Shown here: one piece after another, positions 50,614 to 61,370 of the stretch
Layout of the letters: the number at the start of each line of letters is the position of its first letter
Position numbering within the stretch: position 1 is the first letter of the stretch
Assembly (NCBI RefSeq): GCF_046119375.1
Contig: NW_027367053.1
Coordinates: 1 to 62,500 of the forward strand
DNA from: Phyllobates terribilis
Lineage: Eukaryota
DNA: 62,500 nucleotides
Direction of reading: 5' to 3'
Notes under the pieces: generated by a model
Seen by the model: only the letters and a program-made list of their open reading frames with translations
Database searches by the model: none
What the model was told of the DNA's origin: nothing
Program-made: the position numbers and the translations under genes

Positions 50614-50712
50614 TGGGCCGGCCCAGAACAAATCCGATGATAAGAGCCCAATACTAAGAACGAAAGTTAATGCTGTTTATACTTCTCCCGCACGCGGTAC
50701 TTCGTAGGGTTT
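50614..50712 (+). promoter_or_regulatory. RPS10 promoter: site II elements and telo-box
   Basis: Palindromic TGGGCCGGCCCA (50614-50625), AGCCCA (50645-50650) and TAGGGTTT (50705-50712). This combination is established for plant ribosomal-protein genes. Confidence 0.75.
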
Positions 50713-50805
50713 TTGGTTGCCTGTTCGATTCTCTCGTCTCCAACTCTCCATTCACTGCAACTCTGCGGCTATTCCGGCTAACCGTAGCTTAGACAACTAC
50801 CAGCC

Positions 50806-52104
50806 ATGGTGCCTCCCTCTTTCTTTCTTCTGTCTTTCGCTCTTTCATCTCTTGCTTATCATCTAATCAATTTATTCTGCAGATCATTACGGAGAAGAAT
50901 CGTAGGGAGATTTGCAAATACATCTTCCAAGGTCCCCCCTTCCCTCTCAGCCTGAGATGTTTAATTGTTTTTTCCCCATATGCTTCTCTTAATCTCGAGC
51001 ATTGTCTAGTTGAAGTCCAAATTTGATACTCGGAACTTTTTTGTGTGTATGTGATCTAGTTATCCAAATTCCGTACTTTCTCCACTTTTTCTAGCTTGTA
51101 TTTACTGAATCTCCTTCTACTGTGTTGATTTACTGATAACATTGCTTAAACTCCTCACTTATCTCAGTTTTACTGTTGGTTAATAGCTTAATTATTGGCA
51201 ATTTTCAGTCTATAGCTAATGGTATTATAAGTACTTGTTAGTTGCAAATTTGAATGGGGCCAAATGTAGTACATATGTAGTCAGGAATTCAGAATAGGAT
51301 GAACTTTTTTGTTTTATGCTTGAATACTTTCTAGTGTTTGACCAGCCTTGTTCTAACCTTTGGCGATCATAGTTGATCTTCCTGCATTGCTAATTATTTA
51401 TGTCCTTTCTTTTTTCGTACTATTGTTGAACTACAGAGGGTGTTTGCTGTGCAAAGAAAGACTACAACCTTGCAAAGCACCCTGACATTGATGTACCAAA
51501 CCTACAAGTCATTAAGCTGATGCAGAGCTTCAAGTCAAAGGAGTATGTCCGTGAGACATTCGCCTGGAGGCACTTCTATTGGTACCTTACTAACGATGGC
51601 ATTGAGTTTTTGAGAACTTACCTCAACCTCCCATCTGAAATTGTGCCAGCCACCTTGAAGAAAAAGCCTGTTGCTCGCCCTATGGGTGGTCCATCTGGAG
51701 ACCGTCCACGGTAATTTCATTAGATCCCCAAGTCATTATGCTTTACCTATGAACGCCTATCCTAATATGTTCTTCATTTTCCAGTGGCCCACCTCGCTTT
51801 GAGGGTGACCGTCCTAGATTTGGTGATCGGGATGGATACAGAGGAGGGCCAAGGGGACCCCCTGGAGAGTTTGGTGGTGACAAAGGTGGAGCTCCTGCTG
51901 ATTACCAGCCTTCTTTTGGAGTAAGTTCTTAGTCAACCATCCATCCCTTTGTTTATCATGTAACTTAGTATTGTGGATCTGAAATTGAAAACTTTGATAG
52001 TAGATGTAACATTGTCTATGCTGATTTTGCAGGGTGGTGGTAGAAGGCCTGCGTTCGGGCGTGGTGCTGGTGGACCGCCAGCTGGTGGCTCTAGTTTTGC
52101 CTAA
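50806..52104 (+). CDS. RPS10: 40S ribosomal protein S10 (eS10); exons 50806-50808, 50883-50931, 51437-51710, 51785-51920, 52033-52104
   Basis: [83 protein letters not shown] with a Gly/Arg-rich tail. GT-AG introns and an open frame. Confidence 0.96.
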
Positions 52105-52318
52105 AATGCTGCCTTTTATAGTCATGAGTATTTGAATTTTGTTATTTTTGAACTAGTAATCTGAATTATTGTCATGGTTTTGATAGTTTTGATCACAAAA
52201 AGAATGGTGGAGAATCCCAATTTATTTATGGAGATGTTGCTTACGGTTTAATGTTGTTATGTTTGATAATTGTCGTTCTGGATAGAGTTTCATTTGAGTG
52301 TAAGAAGCTCACGCATTC

Positions 52319-52632
52319 GCCTGACAAAACTCAACTCGACCCGATGACCTGACCTGGATAGAACCTGAACCTGACCCATATAATAAAAAATATTTACACA
52401 TAATTTATTGAAAATTATAATATTTATTTTTAAAATAATCTACAATAATATTATTTTATCATCAAAAAATTATTTAAATCCTGGAAAAAAGTTTAAAAAA
52501 AATATGAAATATAACATTCTTGATTTGTTGGGCCAACTAGAAACTCGAAATGACCTGAACCTGATCGATCTGAAATTTTATCAACCCGATTTGAATCCAA
52601 TCGATCCGAACCCAAGCTCCATTTAGCAGGTA
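52319..52632. mobile_element. Possible degenerate MITE
   Basis: ACCCG/ACCTGA-rich ends around an AT-rich core, with weak terminal similarity CCTGACAAAA / TTTAGCAGG. No TSD. Confidence 0.35.
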
Positions 52633-52986
52633 TAATAATGGTCATATAGCTCATACAACAAATATGTGGAAGTGCATAAATATAGCGAAAATCAAAATAA
52701 GATTTATTCCAGCTTTTTTTATTTTTGGGTTTGTGGTATATATTTTCCGGTGAAAAATAGCATAAATGACTCCAATATCAGAAACAAAATCCTTGTTTTT
52801 CTCGTAAGACAAACTCACTTCATATTCATTAGCCAATCACCCGTTTTGTAGGATCTGTTTTCGTGTTTTTCTCTTCCCATCTTCCTCACTTGACATTCTT
52901 TTTCTTCTCATTCTTCGTCTCGTCTCTGTCTTTTCCCTCTCTTCATTGTCTTGCGAAGAGCATAGCAAACACGCTCAAACATCAAA

Positions 52987-53573
52987 ATGGTAAGCTTATG
53001 TCAAATAAGACTGTTTGTAGGAGGAAGTATATAGAATTTATTTACATGTGGTTAAAACGTATGTATATTATGTAGGCAAACGCTGCATCTGGAATGGCAG
53101 TTGAGGATGAGTGCAAGTTGAAGTTTCAAGAGCTAAAGGCGAAGAGGTCGTACCGTTTCATCACCTTCAAGATAGCGGATCAGCAGGTCGTGATCGACAA
53201 GGTGGGTGGGCCTGACGAGACCTACTCAGACTTCACCGACGCCCTTCCTCCTAACGAGTGTCGCTACGCCGTTTTCGACTTTGACTTCACCACCATTGAG
53301 AATGTCCAGAAGAGCAAGATCGTCTTCGTTGCATGGTAAGATCCCTAATCCTAATGCTAAAATGAGGTAACAACTCTTTAATTATAGTGATTTGTACATG
53401 ATAATGTTTGAAAATTGGAAAGGGCACCGGATACATCAGCAGTGAGGATGAAGATGGTGTACGCAAGCTCAAAAGACAGATTCAAGAGAGAACTCGACGG
53501 AATCCAGGTGGAGTTGCAGGCGACTGACCCCAGTGAGATGAGTCTCGACATTGTCAAATCCCGGGCCCATTGA
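52987..53573 (+). CDS. ADF7: Actin-depolymerizing factor, subclass II (ADF7/ADF10-like); exons 52987-52989, 53076-53335, 53423-53573
   Basis: [76 protein letters not shown]-only first exon. The subclass is assigned from recalled sequence. Confidence 0.9.
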
Positions 53574-54046
53574 ATCTACCTCCATTTTTTCCATAATTAT
53601 TATACCCATAGTATTACTATCTGCATTCAAAAGATTATTTCATGAGTTTTATATTAAGTTGTTTTCGATTCGTATAATTGTAATTGTGTATACCTGGTCA
53701 TGGAAGATGCAGACCAGTGTATAATTTTAATGCATTCTTTGTTCTTGGCTAACTTTACAGACACTTTCCTCGTGTAATTTTTTTTTTACAGTTTTATCTT
53801 CATCTTATTTTCATTGTACAAGATTTTGCAAATCATCATGAAATGCATGAACCAATTTGCTTTCAATGAAGATTGAAATTACATGGAGACTAGGAATTTA
53901 TTTAAATCAAGAAAATTACATAGTTGCTAAATGGCCGATATTATATAGTTGCTATTGCGCTCCGACAGATTATCTTCCGAGTTAACAAAAATTTAATTAG
54001 TTGAAGGTTTATCACTGTTGACAAGCAGATGCACGACGACGAGTGA

Positions 54047-54482
54047 AAATGTACCTGAAAAATCATTTGATGGAAGAAAACGGGCAGGTCGGGTTCGGTT
54101 ATTGAGTTTAATTCATGTTAAACTTTTATCGGGTTATAACGGATCAGATTATAACGGATTTAATGACAGATCTGGTCACTTAAACGGATTAGCTGACATG
54201 GATTTTTTTCCTGTTTTTTCTCTTTAATAAAACAGTAAGAAGTATTTTATTTAATAAAACTAAAATTTTATTTAATAAAACTAAAATTTTATTTTTATGC
54301 TTATATTCTTGATACGGTGGGTCGAACTCGGATCATCAGATCGGGTCAAAACAGGTTCCATTAAAAATGGGTCGAATTTGTATGACTCAGAATCAGGCCG
54401 GGCCGGTTCAGGTTCCTTACAAAATGGGTCAAATTTGTATGACCCAGAATCAGGCCGGGTCGGCTAGTTTTTCCCAGGTCTA
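54047..54482. mobile_element. Possible hAT-like MITE
   Basis: GGGTC/CGGGT subterminal repeats, an internal 20-bp AT repeat, and ends ACCTGAAAAA / TTTTTCCCAGGT. No clean TSD. Confidence 0.45.
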
Positions 54483-54937
54483 GGTGAGATTCCTAGTACA
54501 AAAAAATATTCTTTCCATACTTCATAAGAATCGTATACACAATTTGTGGTGTATAATGAAGAACAGTCGATGTTAAGTATTAAAATGATAAATGTCCTTC
54601 TATGAGAACAACTTGAATGAAAATAGAAATAAAAGGTTACATCTCCTTACATCATAACAAGCATGTACAAACCATTCCACTTCAATGCACTATAACCTGA
54701 TCAAGGCTAGAGCTGGAGAATCAAGACATGAAAATGGAAACACAAGACATACTACCATTGTGTTTTTTGAAGGTATAAATAAAGCATCAGAAACAATGTC
54801 TCAAAATTCCCCCCCACAAAACTGGGAGAAGCTCTTAAAAAAAAAAAGAAGGCCAAAGTTGATGAAGCACAGCAGAAACCCTTATTCCACATTGATCAAA
54901 AGTGAACCCACAAAAGGATGCAATTACGATAACGCCC

Positions 54938-56723
54938 TTACCTGACCGGTTGCTGGTTGTAGTGGTTCTTCTCTTTCTTCTTGGCGGCCGCTAGTCTTGC
55001 AGCCCTGGCTGCGGCCTCTTGAGCGGCGGCTTTGGCTGCTCCGTCCAAATCCTTGCCGGATTTCTTCTTCTTCATTGCCGCTATCTTCTTTAGACGCTCT
55101 TTCATGTCTTCTTCATTCAGCTCTCCATTGCCATCTGAACTGTTTGGCTGCTCCTCACTTTCTGTAACTTTAACTTCCTTTACAGACTTGTCTTTCTTCT
55201 TCTTCTTCTTTGCATTCTTCGACTCAGATGGAACACTCACCTTATCTCCATTACCGTTAGCCTCTTCTTTTTTCGCCTCACCCACTTCCTTCTCTTGTGC
55301 AACACCTGCTTGTGAAATCGTCATCATCAGAGTTTTAAGGGTTTAGATCAACTGAGAGGATGTATTGCCATATCATTAAATTCATTCTTAATCTATCTAT
55401 ATAATAGTAAAACAACATGAGAAACAGCCTATGTGTCAGTCTCATTGATTTGTGTCAAATTTAAGAGTAATGTTATACTATAACCACATTGCATCCAATG
55501 TGGCATAAGTTATACACATTTCCTTTAATATTATATGACTAGGATACACTAATTTAATAAAAGGAAACAATGTTACTTAGAGAACCTTTTAGTCTATAAG
55601 AGAAAGAAGTAGAATTCAACATTATCTTTTATATTTGAATATAAAGATATCCTATAAAGAAAAATAGGAAATGACTAAAATATAGAATACACAAAATCGC
55701 AATTACAGGGAGAGTATTATATTAAACACAATCGTTATTTATTATTTATGAGAAAGATAATTACTTATATTGTGATTCAATATGATATATTTAATTATAA
55801 TATATCTACAAAATATTATTTTAAATATAAAAATATAGAATAAATCACATGCATGGCACACAGGCTAAACTAGTTAGAAGCTAATTTAAGATGGTCATCT
55901 ACAGATAAAAAGTTAGGAATTCCTGAGAGTAAGTAGGTTAAAGAAGAGGAGGTCAGGATTTACTTACTCTGGACATCACTCTCCTTTGGGGTAACTCCGA
56001 AATCAGCTAGGAGAGCATCGAGTTCCTCCAGCTCCTTCTTCTTGCGTTCCTTCCTTGATAATTGTCTCTCTGTTTCTTTCACTGGTACAGAAGTTTCAGG
56101 CAACTTGTTTGCAAGTGGTTCAGGATGAATAACCTCTTGTTCCTGTTCATGCTCATCCTCAACATCCTCATCACCTAAATCAAGCATGTCGTCTTCACTT
56201 TCACTCTCCTGTAAAGTGGGACGATAGCGAATAAATGCAATTAACATCCAAACTTCATGCACTGAAATTTCTGATACATAATTTTGACTCACAAAGATGC
56301 CATTAGACAATCAATGAATGCTCCAATATGAGGAGACGGACTCAAGTAAAAGCTCACTGACCAAAAACAATCAAGCATAAAAATTGGTGAATAAGCAAAT
56401 TCATCACCAACCTCTGCTGCATCTACGACATCCTTGCTCCCCTGAGCATCATGAGTACTCCAAACAGCCTGAGGAGGCGCTGTTGTAGCATAGTAATCGT
56501 CATCATCTTCATCATCCACATCAGCCCATGATTTTGAAGTTAATGGAGTAGGAGCCCAGAATACATGGGGCTCTGGCTCCTTGGCTGGGGCTTTTGAAGA
56601 GCCCTTGCTCTTCTTTTCCTTGTCTGACTTCTTCTTCTTACGCAGAGACTCGAGAGCTGAGAAAACGTTGTTGTTGCTGATAGTAAAAGCGCCTTCATCC
56701 CTTCTCATACTACTTCCCACCAT
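54938..56723 (-). CDS. Conserved plant acidic/Lys-rich protein of unknown function (from memory resembles Arabidopsis At4g32610/At2g25670); exons 56723-56412, 56208-55968, 55305-54938
   Basis: Motifs RRDEG, FWAPTPL.SKSWAD.DD.DDDYYATTAPPQ, ERQLSRKERKKKEL.EL.ALLADFGV and AAAKKKEKNHYNQQPVR*. GT-AG junctions keep the frame. There is a probable 5'-UTR intron up to about 57022. Confidence 0.88.
55392..55873 (+). mobile_element. Small non-autonomous Helitron (482 bp) in intron 2 of the minus-strand gene
   Basis: A|TCTATCTATATAATAG start and CTAG|T end, with a decayed hairpin CACATGCATGGCACACAGG just upstream. Confidence 0.8.
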
Positions 56724-57084
56724 CTCCAAAGTAAATCCGATACAACACCAGCTGATTCAACAATGAAAGCTACGAGATAACAGGATACCAAATTGTATCA
56801 GTAAAGCATGTGAATTTGGGATAGGACTCATCCAGTAAAGACAATTCGAATAATCCTATAAACTAGAGCAACACAAGCATATACCTTGTCAGAACCTACA
56901 CTCAGATTTCTCCAAACAGGACCCCTAGATCAGATATAAAGTCTCAATCGAGTGATAAATAGTTCAAATAACATGAAACTATTAGAAAACTGTGGAGAAC
57001 TCGAACGAAAGAACAGAACTGACCTTTTGCCCGGGAGAATTCGATTAGCTCGACGATATATCAAACAATCCAAAACAAGATTGA

Positions 57085-57177
57085 TTTAGGGTTTTGATAT
57101 ATCAATAAATTCGCAAAAGAAGAGGTAGAAGAGAGGACAGCGAGGATAGGAGAGGAGGGGAGCGAGTCTAGGGTTTG
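57085..57177 (-). promoter_or_regulatory. Two telo-boxes near the 5' end of the minus-strand gene
   Basis: TAGGGTTT (AAACCCTA on the minus strand) at about 57087 and about 57169. Confidence 0.55.
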
Positions 57178-58374
57178 TAATGGATAATCTGGGTATGGAA
57201 GAAAGATAATAGAGAGTTATGGCCTTTGGGAATGGATTTTCTGGTTGCAGGAGAGGAAACTGAGGATGTCAAAAGCCAAATTTTATACTCTGCAATCTGT
57301 GTCGTATGACGTTTTTTTAATTTTGGTCTATGGTCATTTTACAAACGGGTCGGGTCGTTTCAGTGTATTTATAATGTCTAATCTAAGGTCACCTTACATA
57401 CGGGTCTTTTTTTTTTTTAAATGTTGTACACTATACGTACCGTATTTAGCAAACCATGTTTTATGTGACACTAAAAAAAGACTCTCTAAAATCTAAAAAC
57501 TAAACACTCTCAAGTGGCAAAAAAAAAAACCTCCTCTGTAAACTTCTCTTTCATCATACCGCCGCTTCGTTCATCTCTTCCCTTATGAGTCTCTCTCTTC
57601 CCCGATCTTGTACCCTTATGAGATCTCCCGTCCTGGGTGTTTTAACTTGGTTGTCTGCCCCTTAGCCACTGTTTTGTTTTCTTCCCCTGCCTCCCTGTCA
57701 CATGTCTCATGATGTCCGACGGATTTGTGATGGGTGTTGGTAGAGTATGGGGGGTACTGTGCTGCGGAGTGATTAGTCTGAGCTCTGTATGTGCGTCTGG
57801 AGTACGGAGCCTTCTTTTGTTCACCTACTTAAAAGAAATTCTTTTGTTCTTCAGCGGGAGAGGGGTGTGCGGCTTTTCCGGGTCTCCCCAATCTGCCTGA
57901 ACGTGGAACTATTCTGACGTTAAGGATGGTGTTGGTTGCTCCATTCACTGTGCCTCTTCTCTCTGTGCGCAGCTCTGGTATCAGAGTGTGACTCTTCCCA
58001 GATTTCTCGGAGATCTTTGGGTCGTTTTAGATTTTGTTACTTCTCAGATCTGCTTGAACAGGTTTACCTATCTCCTCTCTTTTTCTTCTAAGCTATGCGT
58101 GAATAAATGGACTTTACATCCGACCTGCTATAAATATGTTGAGAGTTACCCCTTTGTCTTGTATGTTTTACCTACTAAATCTAAAAAGCATTGTGAGTTT
58201 TCCTACTGGCTTGACTTGGTGTTTGTTGCTCTTTGTGAGTTGTTGTGGTGGTGCTTGTTGTGGTCTGACATGGACAAAAGAAAGTAAAAAGTTGGTAGCC
58301 CAGGTACACTCTTATCAGAACATGCTCAGATCAATCTCAGTTTTGCTAAAGCTGGATTGGAGAAAAACAAGAAA

Positions 58375-60543
58375 ATGAATAAATCACAAAACTTACCAAA
58401 TCTCACTCCACTTTCAAGTGGATCCCAACAAAAAGGAAAAGCTAAGAAGGGGGTGGTTCTACTCCCTTCTTTGACCTAACTGACATGTTTAACAAGCTGG
58501 CTACAACTAGGGAAAATGGAAGAAAGAGGAAACTCTTGACATTGGTGGGTTTTCTTGTGGGGGAACCTAAAGAGTTTCCAAGACTGTTTGCCAAAATGAG
58601 AATGGAATGAAAACCTCTAAAAGGAACTTTGGGCTTCACCATCCTGAAAAAGGGCTGGTTTGAGATTGCATTCTCAAACCAAGCAGATTTTGAATTAATA
58701 TGGAAGAATAGACCCTATCATTTTTTAGTCAACTCTTGTTGATTAAACAGTGGTACCCGAGGTTTGATCCTACAACTGAGTCTATATCAAAACTGGATCT
58801 ATGGGCTAGGCTCCACTATCTTCCTGAGGAGTTTGCCAATGCGGGCGCCCTTGAAACTATAATTGAGGGTTGTCTTATTGGCAAATTCCTCCGTATGACC
58901 CATAATAGTGAGAGATGGAACATGTTTACGAGATTCTGTATTCATACAGATATTGAAAAAAATGTTAGGAAAAAGCATAATTGTCCCTGATGAGCATTTT
59001 AACCAAATCCGATATTCCCTTTTGTTTGATGATTTCTCTGCGGGTTGTGGTGCATGTGGGAAGCTTTCCCATGTGTACAAAGACTGCCCTAATAAGAGTG
59101 CGGCTTTTCCAACTCTCAATCTCACTCTGAAAAAACCTTCCTCGAAAATTGCTGGCTCGGGCTGTGATGAGGGGGACTCCTCTGCAGCGGGGGCATGGAA
59201 CTATGTTGGAAAGAATAATAAAATCAATAACGGTGGGTCTGAATTTCCTTTCCCCGTTAGTAACAAATACCTTACGAGCAAAGGTGGAATTAAAATCACT
59301 TATGAGTCGGAAGACTCGGATGAATTCATCAACCAATTCATCATGAACGAAGAATCTTTTGTGGAAGCTCCTTCCCTTGTGGCTATGGCAGGTGTGTGGT
59401 CTTATGTACCAAATCTTTTTAACAAAATTTATAATCTGAATTGGTGCTTTCTAATCTATCCTTTCTTATTTGGCTCTGATCTGTTTATCTTCCTCTGCTT
59501 AGATGGTCTGAATTTATCTGGGACTAAGGATGAGATTAAACCGGTTGAACAGGAAAGTGATAAAGGTTGGTCAATATCCCTTCACTGCTATCAATTTTTT
59601 GTTTTGTTATTCTAGTTTGAAAGCATTTTTCTAGTATGGTGTATTTGGACTTTGGCATGTGTGCTCTGGCTCCTCAGTTTTGGATCTGTGATACAGGTGA
59701 GGTTCAGAATGGAAAACCGAATGATGGAAGTTTTTTTGACTGAATTCTGGCTCCTGGTGTTTTATGCAACATGAGCTGTTTTTAAGAACTCTCCATCTTT
59801 GTTATACTGGATTAACCTCCTAAATGACTTCTATGAACCAGGTAGTTTTGAAGCTTCGTCTAACAGAAGGGGCAATATGGAAAAGACCAATGAAACTTCA
59901 GTCCAGGGTTGTGCCAACTCTCCTGTATTGTGTTTTGCTGGTCTCAGCATGTTTCTGTCAAAAGTTTACCAACTTATTTCTTTCATTTGTGGTCTTTGTG
60001 CTGGTTTTTAGGGACTCAGCTGATTGACCCTCAACCTGTGACTAATGAAACCGCTGCTCATGTGGAACCTCCAACAAATATTGATCTAGATGCTAGCATG
60101 ACCTTGGATTTACATAGGAAAGCTGAAATGGAGTATAGTAATGAAATTGATGAAGTCCTATTCAAGATGATGAATTCGATGATCTCCTTATGGATGATAT
60201 GCTTGAGCTGGAACAAGGTGTGGAATTGGATGACAAGGTTCAAGAGAAGACTAAGGATCCTGTGTTAATTAGTAATGACCCTCCGTACACTGATCTGGAA
60301 CTTGAGGAATTTATTAGAAACGAACAAGTGGGAAAAGGTGTGGTTGGTTTGTTCAACGAGGCGTCGTTTCGCTCAGCTGAAAATTCCTTTAATTCGTCCA
60401 CTTCGGTTTTGGTGAAACTTGGCAAACTTGATGTGGATAATGAAATCCCGACTAAGACCACGTCTAGCAAACGAAAATTTAAGGAAGGTATGGAGGACAT
60501 CGCCTCTTCTGCTCCGTTGGAGGGTAAGAAAACCAAGGTGTAG
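58375..60543 (+). pseudogene. L1 ORF1 (DUF4283 + CX2CX4HX4C) with an apparently spliced acidic C-terminus; several frameshifts and one stop
   Basis: GWFEIAF..D..IWKNRPYHF..LLIKQW.P.FDP..LWARLHYLPEEF, RFCIHTDI and CGACGKLSHVYKDC. Candidate introns at 59392-59502, 59566-59696, 59730-59841 and 59908-60011. Confidence 0.8.
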
Positions 60544-61370
60544 CAACTTTGACTATGGTAGTTAAATGATTAGTCTTGGAATTTCTATTTTGGTGGAAAT
60601 CATAATATTCGTATATTGTGATTTTCCGATTTCCTTTCTGTCTTTGTTTTTAGCCTTTGTGTGGCCCTGTACGGTTGTTACTAAGTTATCCGTGAATTCT
60701 GGGACTAATCGGACTTGTAATAGTGTGCTTAGCAAATGTAAAATCTGGTGGATTCTGATCCTTTTGTACCTTCCCTTGTGGATTAATAATATGTTGGCTT
60801 TTTCTACCTTCGGATCCCCTCTTATGATGCAATGTTTTGTTGGGTTTTGAGGTCTCTGTTTGTTTGGAATGATGGAATGGTCCTGCTGGGCCTATCTGCT
60901 TCTGGCCTGTTTCAAAAATCAAATATAACCAATTGTTTGCTTCTTGTTTCTTGTATTCTCGGCCCCTGCTGGTTTTTGGTTGGATGGTGATGGGTTGATT
61001 CTTCCTGGTTGAGTTGGAATGAGGGTTGTGGATATCAAATGGGTAAAAGGAAAATCATTATGTTCTCATGGTGTCATCATTTAAAAGGGGATGATCTGTG
61101 GAATCATGTTCTCTATGGAAAAACAACTAAGAGAAGTATTAGAATGTGTGCTAAGATTCAAAAAAGCGTTGATAAGACTTACAAGAACATAAGATCAAAT
61201 AAAATGAAAACTATTTTTAATAAGCAAATTTTAGAATGGTCCGGTGTTTGATTTAAAGGATTTTTCTGCAAAAATAAGATGAGTCTGAAACACTAGCTAA
61301 TATTAAAAAAGAAAATCCGTTACAATCATAAAGCTAATAAAGGAATAACTCTCGGTATATGGGTGTTTAA

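Noticed and set aside
50806-52989. ATG-only first exons in both RPS10 and ADF
   Set aside because: This is the usual architecture for these gene families and is not novel.
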